DNA from: Bacteroidetes bacterium OLB10 | Lineage (GTDB): Bacteria; Bacteroidota; Bacteroidia; AKYH767-A; OLB10 | DNA length: 64,000 nt | Assembly: GCA_001567275.1 (NCBI GenBank) | Contig: LNBX01000043.1 | Coordinates: 44,351 to 108,350 of the forward strand | Direction of reading: 5' to 3' | Shown: positions 29,987 to 39,385 of the stretch, one piece after another | Numbering within the stretch: position 1 is the first letter of the stretch | How the letters are laid out: the number at the start of each line of letters is the position of its first letter | Translations under genes and position numbers: made by a program | The notes under the pieces: model-generated | The model's input: the letters and a program-made list of their open reading frames with translations, nothing else | Told to the model about the DNA's origin: nothing | Database searches by the model: none

Positions 29987-32537
29987 TTAGAAATTGTCGT
30001 AGCGATCGTTTTTGCGGGTAAGTTTCAAATCCTGCAAAACACTTGACTTTACATTTATCTGGAAGAAATAATTTGCCTGATATCCGAATGGCACCCAGTT
30101 AAGCCTCATCTCCCAGCAATGCAGGTCGCGATAAAATCCCAGTGAAGTATAGGAGAGTTTTTTACTCTGAAAATCGTAACCGGAATTAAACGTCACTTTC
30201 CAGTTTTTAGTCAGCGAAATATCACCGTTAAATCCTACAATTTGTGTGACAATACCTTTTGCTAATCCCGGTCGGGAATAATTGATACTATAGTTCACAG
30301 CCAGATTATAAGGTATGGTGAAATCAACATAATCTTCCGGATGGTCATTTATTTCTTTAAGCTGTTCGGGTGTTCCTTTCAGACTTTTCTTTGCTCCTTT
30401 ATTCTGATTCAGATTAAAACTTACACTGCTTCCGGCTGATGTAAGTCGTGCAAGTTTGCCATTTTCTGAAAGAGAATATTCCTTGGTGCGAATTCCGGAT
30501 TCGTTAATGTAATAAGGATCGAAAGTACCTGATGCAGTGAGATTGATTCTGTCAAACAGTGTTGTGCGTGCACTCATGCCGATAGGAGAGAGGTTGAAGG
30601 AATCAACAGCCAGATTATATGATGCTGCAATACTGAAACTTTCAAGAAGTTTAATTTTCTTCAGGTTGGTAGCTGTATCTGTATATTGCCTAACCTTCAT
30701 TTCAAAATTATTATCGAGGCTGAAAGAAAGAATACTCGATTTGCCTTGTCCGGGGCCACCGTATAGCGTATTGTCGTAGATGGAATATTTACGTGTATTT
30801 CCCAAGGAATCTATCTGAACAGTTTTATAGTAACCATATTTGCTTTCAGAAAAATCAGGTCGCCATGAATAGCTCAGGTTAGGAGTCATCACATGCCTGA
30901 AGGCTGCCACTTTTCCTTTTTTAAACTGAAACAAACCATAAATACGTGTGTTGAGCGAAGCAGAACCACTGTAATCGTGTGCAGCACTGAATGATTTAAC
31001 GGTATCGGTTACCAACCAGTTGTTGGCAGCATCATAATGCAACCGGTAGGTCTGAAGGTACCATCGTTCATTGAAACTTGCTGATGGTGTGAGTGTGAAA
31101 TATTTGAGTACACGAAACGAAGTGCTTATAGGAATACTGTGCTGCATTCCGTTTCTCATGTTTTGAATGGTGGAATTGGTAAAAAATACGCTGTCAGGAT
31201 TCTGCAATTGATTTTGTAGTGTACTGCTGTAGCCAACACCGATTTTCTCATACCATTTTGGTGTTCCTTCAGAATCTTTTTTTCGGAAAGGATACAATGT
31301 TGCCATACTCATATTCAAAGTAGGTGCAGTTAGGTAAACCATTCTCGACTGAGTATTCTGAGAATGAGTAATTGCAGTTGAAATATTAAACTGTTTATTG
31401 AATAACGATGTTGAGTAGGAAATGGATGAATTAAAAGTATTGGTCAGATAATTGGATGCAGAAGAAATATTTCGTGTATAATAATCATTAGATCCTGCTC
31501 TTACCGAAGCAGAGAATATTCCATTGGGACGTGCTTTGGCATCCTGCTGATGCGACCAGTTGATAAAAAACTCTTTACTTCTGCTGTAGTCAGGCAAATC
31601 TTTTTCGCTGACCTTGATAATGGAATATAAAAATGACAGATTGCCATTGTAGTGATAACGGTTGCTGTACCGTGATGAAGCTCTTACTGCCCAGCTTCCC
31701 AAAGTATAAATATCACCGGTTAGCGACAAATCAACATGATCACTTATTCCGAAATAATAACCTCCGTTTTTGAAAAAGAATCCGAGAGAATTACTTTCAC
31801 CATAGGCGGGAAACAAAATTCCTGAACTTCTGCCTTTGGTATTTGGAAAAAGACCGAATGGAATGGCAGCAGGTGTAGGTACATCGGCAATAACCAGATA
31901 AGCGGGCCCTGTAATAATTTTATTATTTGGAATCACCTTCAGTTTGTTTGCAGCAATGTAATAATGTGGTGTGTCAAGGTCGCAGGTAGTGTAACGGCCA
32001 TGACTGATGTAACTGCTTTCTTCTTCTTTTTTCACAATTTTACCATGGATGAATCCTTCGCCCTGCTGGGTAGTAACATTATAAACCTTACCTTTTTTTG
32101 TATCGAAATTATACCGCATGGTATCTGCTTTAAATTCATCATCCCCATCTTTGAATACAGGTTTGTCATAAATTTTTCCGCTGCTGTCGCGCAAGCCTGA
32201 TGAAAACACATTTTTACTATTCCAGTCCACAGAGATGAAAGCTGCTTTCAGTTCAATATTTTCATAATTAACCTGTGCCTTTTTATAGAGGTAAACTTTT
32301 TCATTTGAGATGTCAAACTCAATGGTATCATCTGCAGTATAGTGCACCTTCGATTTAATTTCGTTGCTGATACCGGCATGCAAAGAGTCTTTTTTTTAAG
32401 GTATCTGCGTGCATTTGCAGAGTAGTATCATTAGCTGCAACAGCCTTGTTTTGAGCATGAACAGATGATGATGACAGACCGAATGCCGTTAAATACAGCA
32501 GAAAAACTGGCGTTAATAAGTTTTTAAAAACGGTCAT
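29987..32537 (-). pseudogene. Bacteroidota LptD-like LPS-assembly outer-membrane protein, frameshifted as assembled
   Basis: ORF 32355-32549 gives the signal peptide (MTVFKNLL...SSVHAQ). ORF 29987-32383 gives an OstA-like N-terminal region and a large beta-barrel. The frames join if the T8 run at 32390-32397 (A8 on the coding strand) loses one base. The span 29987-32537 is 2551 nt, which is 850 codons plus 1. Confidence 0.75.
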
Positions 32538-32567
32538 TCTAACAGACAAAATTGGGGCGAAAACTTA

Positions 32568-32575
32568 TATTTTTG
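32568..32575 (+). promoter_or_regulatory. -7 promoter element (TAttTTTG) upstream of the amidase gene
   Basis: TATTTTTG lies 44-56 bp upstream of the candidate starts at 32619 and 32631. Confidence 0.35.
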
Positions 32576-32580
32576 ACCCG

Positions 32581-32588
32581 CAAAGGTA
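32581..32588 (-). promoter_or_regulatory. -7 promoter element (TAccTTTG on the minus strand) upstream of the LptD-like gene
   Basis: Plus-strand CAAAGGTA lies 44 bp upstream of the ATG at 32537. It forms a divergent promoter pair with 32568-32575. Confidence 0.35.
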
Positions 32589-32618
32589 ATTGAACAGAAA
32601 CATACCACATTAACGAAT

Positions 32619-34016
32619 TTGCTGAAACAGATGTTGTTTTCTAAAAAGCTATCATGGGCAAGAGGATTTATTATTGTTTTAACAGGATTTTTCCTCTGTA
32701 CATCTTCTACTTTCGGTACCTATAAGCCTCCTTATCACATCAAAACCGTAGTTATTGACCCCGGACACGGAGGTCATGATTCAGGTTGTTTGGGTTCTTC
32801 TTCAAAAGAAAAACAGATAGCTCTTGAAATTGCGCTTAAACTTGGGGATTTAATTTCCAAGAAATATCCTGATGTAAATGTTATTTACACCCGAAAAACA
32901 GATGAGTTTATAGAATTACATGAACGTGCTGCCATTGCCAACCGCAACCATGCCGACCTTTTTATATGTATTCACTGTAACTCAGGTGCTCCGGCTGCAT
33001 TTGGTGCTGAAACCTATGTGATGGGATTACATAAAACAGAGGATAATCTGAGTGTTGCAAAGCGCGAAAATGCTTCAGTGTTGTATGAAAAAGATTACAA
33101 ACAAAAGTACGATGGCTTTGACCCGAATTCTCCTGAAGCCAACATTATTTTTTCATTATATCAGAACGCATACCTTACGCAAAGTCTCAAATTTGCATCA
33201 GCAGTGCAGCGACAGTTTGAAGAATATGCAGGCAGATTTAACCGCGGTGTGAAACAGGCCGGATTTCTGGTTCTCTACAAAACAGCAATGCCGAGTGTGT
33301 TGATTGAAACAGGCTTTCTTACCAATAAAACAGACGAAAAATATTTGTTATCGGAAAAAGGACAACTAGCTACTGCCAACAGTATTTTCAGAGCATTTAT
33401 GGCCTACAAACTCGATATGGAAATGCCCGGCTCTAAAGACAAAGAGTTGGCTTCTGCCGATTCTGACATGAAAAAGAATCAACCTGTTGTAAATCCTGAT
33501 TTGAAAGAGAATACTGAAACGCCAAAACCATCGCCTAAAAATAATGCAGATGCTGCTGCTGAAAAAACAAAAACAGATACGCCTGAGCAAAAGGAACCGG
33601 TAAAATCCACTGTTACGCCAATAGATAAAAAGAAAGATGATGTAAAACCTGCTCCGGAAAAAATAAATGACACAAAACCTGCACCACCTAAAACAAATGC
33701 AAACGCAACAACAACGGTGGAAGCGGGTGACAAGGAAGTAAAATATCCTGATTTGTTTTATACCGTTCAGGTGGCTGCAGCTCAGCCTGAATCCATAGAA
33801 AACGAACTGAAAAAATACTCAGCACTTGGCGATGTTCATACATTCAAAGCTGAGAATGGTATGATAAGAATATGTAATGGTATATATTTGAGCCATGCTA
33901 AAGCAACTGAAGCACAAAATGCAATCAGGAAAAAAGGATATTCTGATGCATTTGTTACCCCATATTATAAAGGTAAAAGAATCAGTGTTCAAGAAGCATT
34001 AAAAATTAAAAAATAA
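32619..34016 (+). CDS. N-acetylmuramoyl-L-alanine amidase (Amidase_3) with C-terminal SPOR domain
   Basis: 465 aa. The Amidase_3 motifs are VVIDPGHGGHDSG, IHCNS and ETGFLTN. A long Lys/Pro/Thr-rich linker leads to a SPOR-like end (YTVQVAAAQ ... KGYSDAFV). Confidence 0.85.
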   Translation: MLKQMLFSKKLSWARGFIIVLTGFFLCTSSTFGTYKPPYHIKTVVIDPGHGGHDSGCLGSSSKEKQIALEIALKLGDLISKKYPDVNVIYTRKTDEFIELHERAAIANRNHADLFICIHCNSGAPAAFGAETYVMGLHKTEDNLSVAKRENASVLYEKDYKQKYDGFDPNSPEANIIFSLYQNAYLTQSLKFASAVQRQFEEYAGRFNRGVKQAGFLVLYKTAMPSVLIETGFLTNKTDEKYLLSEKGQLATANSIFRAFMAYKLDMEMPGSKDKELASADSDMKKNQPVVNPDLKENTETPKPSPKNNADAAAEKTKTDTPEQKEPVKSTVTPIDKKKDDVKPAPEKINDTKPAPPKTNANATTTVEAGDKEVKYPDLFYTVQVAAAQPESIENELKKYSALGDVHTFKAENGMIRICNGIYLSHAKATEAQNAIRKKGYSDAFVTPYYKGKRISVQEALKIKK

Positions 34017-34022
34017 TTCCGT

Positions 34023-34952
34023 GTGAAAATATCGAATGAAGTTAAAGTAGGCATTGCAGTAGTCATAACCATAGCAGGATTAATATGGGGACTTAACTAC
34101 CTCAAGGGTACAGACCTTTTTGCTACTACCAATAAGTATTTTGTGGTTTATAACAATGTAAATGGTATCGTCAAATCCAATCCTGTTATAATGAACGGAT
34201 ATAAAATTGGTCAGGTGGACAAAATAGAATATACCAAAGATAAGAGCGGAAGGTTGGTGGTTACACTAAAAATTGATGATAATATTTTTGTTCCCAAATC
34301 AAGCAATGCAGTTATTGTTTCGAGTGATTTATTAGGTTCCAAAGCCATTGAACTTGAATTTGGAAATGATGGAACTCCGGCAAAAAACGGAGATACGCTG
34401 GTGGGTGATGTTGAATCAGGACTTACAGAGCAAATCAAACCATTAAAAAATAAAGCTGAAGGGCTTGTTACTTCGCTTGATTCTCTTTCTTTTGCTTTAA
34501 GCCAACTGCTGAATGACAATTCGCGCAACAGTCTCAATAAAACATTTTCTAATCTTGAGAAAATTTCTTCCGGGTTGGATCAGTTAATTAATTCAGAAAA
34601 TAGTCGTTTGCGTTCATTTATTACCAATGCTGATGGAGTGGCAGGAAATCTGAATAAAAACAGCAACAACATCAACGCTATTTTAAGTAATGTAAACTCT
34701 TTGAGCGACTCGCTCAGCAGACTGCAACTTAATGCCACGATTGAAAGGCTAAATAAAACCGTTACAGAATTAAGTAATGTATTGGCTAAAATTGAAAACG
34801 GGCAAGGAAGTCTGGGTAAATTAGTTAATAACGACAGCCTGTATGTCAACCTGAATAATGCTTCTGCCAATCTGGATAAATTGCTGATTGATTTAAAAGC
34901 AAATCCGGGCCGTTATGTGCATGTATCTGTTTTTGGAAGAAAGGATAAGTAA
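34023..34952 (+). CDS. MlaD/MCE family protein
   Basis: 309 aa with an N-terminal TM anchor (VKVGIAVVITIAGLIW), an MCE domain and a helical C-terminus ending in GRYVHVSVFG. GTG start. Confidence 0.8.
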   Translation: MKISNEVKVGIAVVITIAGLIWGLNYLKGTDLFATTNKYFVVYNNVNGIVKSNPVIMNGYKIGQVDKIEYTKDKSGRLVVTLKIDDNIFVPKSSNAVIVSSDLLGSKAIELEFGNDGTPAKNGDTLVGDVESGLTEQIKPLKNKAEGLVTSLDSLSFALSQLLNDNSRNSLNKTFSNLEKISSGLDQLINSENSRLRSFITNADGVAGNLNKNSNNINAILSNVNSLSDSLSRLQLNATIERLNKTVTELSNVLAKIENGQGSLGKLVNNDSLYVNLNNASANLDKLLIDLKANPGRYVHVSVFGRKDK

Positions 34953-35076
34953 CAGAACTTTTTCGGTATAAGTTTGTTAAAAGTAACTCATATAGTTACG
35001 ACTAAATCATGTTTTTCTTAATTGCCCGCAGATAAATTATGATTATTTTCGTATCCTAAGCTTTAAATTAATCAGG

Positions 35077-36210
35077 ATGAATACCCGTGTAATTTTATTT
35101 TCTGCAATTATATGTGCAGGTATGAGTGCTTGCGGTGGAAGTGAAAATGATACTTCCGGCAATTCAGCAGAAACCATTGCAGCAACAGATGATAATGAAT
35201 CATCTGAGAATGCAAATGCTAAACAAAATTCAAAAGGAAATTACTGGCAAAAGATGGTGATGCTTGAAGTGCGCGACAATAATGGAACCATTCAGTATTG
35301 GCAACCACTTCCCGCCAACTGGAAATTCATTGCACATTCTTCAGACGGTGTTTCCATAAAAGGACCTGATGGAATTAAAGTAACCGATTTTCCACTACAT
35401 TCTTTTATGGTGGACTATACAGGAATGGGTGTATCTAATGGAATGCAAATGAGAGCTATGCCACCAATTGATGATTTGATTCAACAGGATGTTATTCCCT
35501 CAGCATCACAAAGAGGACTACAATATATCAGACATTATGAGTTGCCTGATGTTTCAAGAATGAATCAGTGGTACGCTGATCAACTTTACTCAAGCGCGCC
35601 AACAACGAAATTTAATAAAGCTTACGGCATTGACTGGAAAAACGCTGATGGCAGAGAGTCTTTTTCTATATTACATGTGTCGTCTTTCAAAGGTCAATAT
35701 AGTGAAATGTGGAATTACAGAGCTTCACTTCTGGAAGCTGACCCTTCTGTTTTTACTCTTGCAAAAAAGCAATACATATTTTCATTAGCCAATATGCGAT
35801 ATAATCTGGAACCCATCATAGCATATAATCAGGCCGAAGCACAACGTATAGGTCAAAGTTGGGATGCATTTAATCGGAGAATGGCTGCAAATCAGGCAGC
35901 ATTTGAAGCAAGTCAAAGAGCGCATATCAATAAAACCAACGCCATCAACGATGCGATTATGAGTAACTGGAGATCGTCTAATGAGGCAAGTGATAAAAAC
36001 CAGGAACAGTTTATAGATAACATTTATGAAAACCAGAATGTGGTGAATGAGGAAACAGGGCAGAAATACAAAGTGCAGCAAGGATATAACCAGTACTGGA
36101 TGAACAACGATGGCGAGTATATCGGAACACCTTCCAACACTTACAATCCAAATCTTGATGAAAACCTTAATGAACAGAACTGGCAGAAATTGAATCAAAT
36201 TGACAGGTAA
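35077..36210 (+). CDS. Hypothetical lipoprotein with Asn/Gln-rich C-terminus
   Basis: 377 aa with a lipobox (AGMSAC). I recognise no family. Confidence 0.5.
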   Translation: MNTRVILFSAIICAGMSACGGSENDTSGNSAETIAATDDNESSENANAKQNSKGNYWQKMVMLEVRDNNGTIQYWQPLPANWKFIAHSSDGVSIKGPDGIKVTDFPLHSFMVDYTGMGVSNGMQMRAMPPIDDLIQQDVIPSASQRGLQYIRHYELPDVSRMNQWYADQLYSSAPTTKFNKAYGIDWKNADGRESFSILHVSSFKGQYSEMWNYRASLLEADPSVFTLAKKQYIFSLANMRYNLEPIIAYNQAEAQRIGQSWDAFNRRMAANQAAFEASQRAHINKTNAINDAIMSNWRSSNEASDKNQEQFIDNIYENQNVVNEETGQKYKVQQGYNQYWMNNDGEYIGTPSNTYNPNLDENLNEQNWQKLNQIDR

Positions 36211-37247
36211 TGAAATTCGGAATAGGATTATTCGGAGATTCAGGATATGACTCTGAAAACAAAAAATATCGCAGTCCTGATTTGCGACTGAAAGAAATTG
36301 TAGAAGAAGTAAAATTAGCTGACGAAATTGGAATAGATGTGTTTGCTATGGGCGAACATCATCGCAATGATTACGTAGTTTCTTCCCCCGAAACTATGTT
36401 GGCGGCATTGACAACGGTAACTAAGAATATTACTCTTAGCAGCGGAGTAAATGTTTTAAGTTCGGCTGATCCGGTGAAATTATATCAGGATTACGCCATG
36501 ATAGATTTGCTATCCGGTGAGCGAGCCGAAATCATGGCGGGCAGAGGTAGTTTTATTGAGTCTTTTCCTTTGTTCGGCCAGGACTTAAAAGATTACAATG
36601 TATTGTTTGATGAAAAATTAAAGTTACTTCTTCAACTGAACAGAGAGGAAGTCATCAACTGGAAAGGGAAATTTCGTCCTGCATTGATAAATCAAACTGT
36701 TTATCCACGACCCAAAAGAGCAATTCCTGTATGGATTGCAGTTGGCGGCACTCCTGAGTCTGTAGAAAGAGCTGCTCAACTTGGATTACCTATCATGTTT
36801 GCAATTATAGGTGGTGATATCAGACAGTTTAAACCATTGTTCGATTTTTATAAGGAAGAATACATTGGTGCAGGACATGATATTAAAACAATGGAAGTTG
36901 GCGTACATTCTCACACCTACATTGCAAATTCGAAAGCAACCGTTATCCAGGACTACTTTTCTGTTTATGCACGTCAGATGGATAAACTCGCTGCAGAAAG
37001 AAACTGGAGAGTTGGAAAATTTACTCAATCAAGGTTTGAAGAGGGTATGAGTAAATATGGTGCACTGTTTATGGGTGATGCTGATGAGGTTGCAGAAAAA
37101 ATTATCAATACCATTGAATTGTTCAGCCTGACACGTTTCGTTGCGCATCTGGATGTGGGTGGACCCACACATATCGAACTGATGCGCACCATTGAGTTGT
37201 TCGGAACTAAAGTGATTCCAAAGATTAAGAAACATTTTGACAAATAA
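36210..37247 (+). CDS. LLM-class (luciferase-like) flavin-dependent oxidoreductase
   Basis: 345 aa with TIM-barrel luciferase-like features (FAMGEHH, GRGSF). Its start overlaps the previous stop in a TAATG arrangement. Confidence 0.85.
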   Translation: MKFGIGLFGDSGYDSENKKYRSPDLRLKEIVEEVKLADEIGIDVFAMGEHHRNDYVVSSPETMLAALTTVTKNITLSSGVNVLSSADPVKLYQDYAMIDLLSGERAEIMAGRGSFIESFPLFGQDLKDYNVLFDEKLKLLLQLNREEVINWKGKFRPALINQTVYPRPKRAIPVWIAVGGTPESVERAAQLGLPIMFAIIGGDIRQFKPLFDFYKEEYIGAGHDIKTMEVGVHSHTYIANSKATVIQDYFSVYARQMDKLAAERNWRVGKFTQSRFEEGMSKYGALFMGDADEVAEKIINTIELFSLTRFVAHLDVGGPTHIELMRTIELFGTKVIPKIKKHFDK

Positions 37248-37262
37248 TAAAAATAATGCATT

Positions 37263-37457
37263 GTGAATACTGCACAAAGTCCTGAAGATATTCCGCAGAT
37301 GTTTGTAGAAAACTGGAACAAACGAAGACCTGATTTGATGGCAGAGGTGTTTGAAGAAGATGCCGACTTCATCAATGTGGTTGGACTATGGTGGAACAAC
37401 AGAGCGGATATTTTGAAAGCGCATGACTATGGATTGGAATGGCTTAACGAAGTTTAA
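37263..37457 (+). pseudogene. N-terminal fragment of an SgcJ/EcaC-type (SnoaL-like, NTF2-fold) protein
   Basis: It encodes only about 58 family-like residues (IPQMFVENWNKRRPDLMAEVFEEDADFINVVGLWWNNRADILKAHDYGL). Six unrelated codons and a stop follow. The rest of the fold is at 41793-42086. Confidence 0.7.
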
Positions 37458-37863
37458 AAAAGAAAGGATAGAAAGCACAACTGTTGCCACAAAAAAATGC
37501 GAACAATAAGATAAATTATTTACCGACAAGAAGTTCACATTTTTTTTGCACTTGCAGAATGTTTGTTACTTGCATAATTGTTTGTTTACCTATCAAAGCC
37601 CTTCTTTCTTAAATTTTGTTTAAGCTTCATTTTACCTGCATGTGCTGCTGTTCAGTCGCAGTAATGTCTGCCCGAATTTGCTCACTGGTTATTTCTTGAT
37701 TGTTGGAGCGTGGAACTGTGTGGTTGCGAAGTTTTTATTTTTTTTAGCGCGGCTTTAAAATGTGTATGGTTTTGTGTTTGGGCATTTGAATAAAATGGTT
37801 GTTGTTATTCAGTTTATATTATAATGAATTGTTAAGTCTTTAGCGGAGACGTTAAAATGCTCA

Positions 37864-38538
37864 TCAGTTAAGCGTTACATTTATTAGTGTGGTATCGCAT
37901 ACGTTAGCTATATGTGTGTTCATTACTTCTGGGTTGTTATTTAATTTGTATCCAAAGTCGAGAATATTTTGAATATAACTTAAATTTATTAAGCTGAAAT
38001 CTTGCATTTCATACACTATGCCGCTGTTGAAAGGACCAGGCAATTATAGCGGTTCAGCTAAATTTCTAAAGTCAGTAATTGATAATGTGTCGTTGGTTGA
38101 ATATGTATTTAGCGCAGTTAAGATAAATTTAATATTTGTGCGTGGAGTTACAAAAACATTCAAATCATAAATATTTTCATGCTGAGGAATATAATCTAAC
38201 AAAACTTTATACCCTTGCCCTGCCGGTATGCTGATTTTTTCTTCCAATCCGCCTAATTCTTTAAATTCAAACTTAAAATAACCATTATTATCGGTTGTAG
38301 TTTCAGCAAGAATACCTCCATGCAAAGGTCCTCCCAAAGTGCTGGAATATGTTTGAAACAAATCCACTTTTTGGTTTGCCACAGGCTGCATGCTGCAATC
38401 TAAGTATAGGTTTCCTGTAATGGTGTATGTAGGGCCATCCCCAGGACGGTTAAAGTCTTTACGACATGAGGTAAAGCAGGTAATTAGCATAATCGACAAG
38501 GAAATCTTTAATTGCTGCAAATAATTTATTTTTTTCAT
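37864..38538 (-). pseudogene. Lipoprotein with a carboxypeptidase-regulatory-like (transthyretin-fold) domain, interrupted by an in-frame TAA
   Basis: This is a paralogue of 38657-39331, with near-identical N-terminal halves (..TSCRKD..GDGPTYTITG.LYLDCSMQP..NQKVDLFQTYSSTLGG). A TAA at 38044-38046 sits where the paralogue has Lys. The same frame stays open for 59 more codons that still align (LPGPFNSGIVY ... VCDTTLINV versus IAGPFTNSIAY ... ICDTTDVVI). Confidence 0.65.
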
Positions 38539-38591
38539 TGTACAATGAATTAAAAGCAGGCTTGTATTTAGCAAGGCTGATTTAGTTAAAC

Positions 38592-38645
38592 GTATTTATT
38601 GATGATTAATTTATGAGATGCAGATTCGCCTTTATCGCTTAACTT
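38592..38645 (-). repeat. 54-bp relic copy of the 3-prime end of the T9SS hydrolase gene
   Basis: TTTATTGATGATTAATTTATGAGATGCaGATTCGCCtTTATCGCTTAAC matches 39389-39437 with two mismatches. It marks a tandem duplication whose unit is the gene end, the intergenic region and the lipoprotein gene. Confidence 0.8.
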
Positions 38646-38656
38646 AACACTAGCAT

Positions 38657-39331
38657 TTATTGTATAGGTATAACTACATCAGTTGTATCACATATTTTAA
38701 ATTGAAAGCTAACAAATTTCCAAGTAGAGTTATTAATAGCATAAGCCAACTCCTCACTGCTACCAGAAAATGTATTATTAATAATTCCAAAATTATTTGC
38801 TACATAAGCTATGCTATTTGTAAACGGGCCTGCAATCTTTAGTTTCTGCGACAAATTTCTAAAATCTGTTAAATATAAAGTATCACTACTTGTATAACTA
38901 TTTGTAGCATTTAAGGAAACTTTTATATGAGAAGTTGGGTTCGCTATAACATCTATATCGTAAAAACTTTGGTTCTGAGGAATGTAATCCATTAATACTT
39001 TATACCCTTGCCCTGTCGGAATTCTGATTTTTTCTTCAAGTCCATCCAAGTCTTTAAACTCAAACTTAAAATAACCATCAGAATCGGTTATGGTTTCAGC
39101 AAGAATACCTCCGTTTAAATTACCACCAAGTGTGCTTGAGTAAGTTTGAAATAAATCAACTTTTTGATTTGACATCGGCTGCATACTGCAATCTAAGTAA
39201 AGTTTTCCTGTAATTGTGTATGTTGGACCATCCCCCGGCTGGTCAATATCTTTGCGACATGAAGTAAAGAATGTAATTAACATTATCGTCAAGGAAATTT
39301 TTAATTGATGGAATATATTAATATTTTTCAT
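38657..39331 (-). CDS. Lipoprotein with a carboxypeptidase-regulatory-like (transthyretin-fold) domain
   Basis: 224 aa with a lipobox (FFTSC). The TITGKLYLD ... TDSDGYFKFEF pattern is typical of CarboxypepD_reg-like domains. This is the intact copy of the duplicated pair. Confidence 0.6.
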   Translation of the reverse strand: MKNINIFHQLKISLTIMLITFFTSCRKDIDQPGDGPTYTITGKLYLDCSMQPMSNQKVDLFQTYSSTLGGNLNGGILAETITDSDGYFKFEFKDLDGLEEKIRIPTGQGYKVLMDYIPQNQSFYDIDVIANPTSHIKVSLNATNSYTSSDTLYLTDFRNLSQKLKIAGPFTNSIAYVANNFGIINNTFSGSSEELAYAINNSTWKFVSFQFKICDTTDVVIPIQ

Positions 39332-39348
39332 TGTATAATGAATTAAAA

Positions 39349-39373
39349 GCAGTCCTGCAATTTACAGGACTGC
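39349..39373 (-). terminator. Hairpin terminator downstream of the T9SS hydrolase gene
   Basis: GCAGTCCTG caattta CAGGACTGC is a 9-bp stem followed by a T-run on the minus strand. The duplicated copy near 38553-38577 has a mismatched stem. Confidence 0.6.
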
Positions 39374-39385
39374 ATTAGTTAAATT

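Noticed and set aside
32355-32549. The 64-aa ORF, and likewise 23190-23450, treated as independent small genes
   Set aside because: Each is the missing terminus of the adjacent larger gene. One is the signal peptide of the LptD-like protein and the other is the C-terminus of SCO1. Each is separated from its gene only by a single-base frame break.
35785-36198. A 137-aa minus-strand ORF inside the lipoprotein gene. ORFs 36786-37028, 37025-37399 and 37029-37277 lie around the LLM gene end.
   Set aside because: They are antisense or overlapping shadows with hydrophobic low-complexity products. The sense-strand genes have better motifs and coupled start/stop arrangements.
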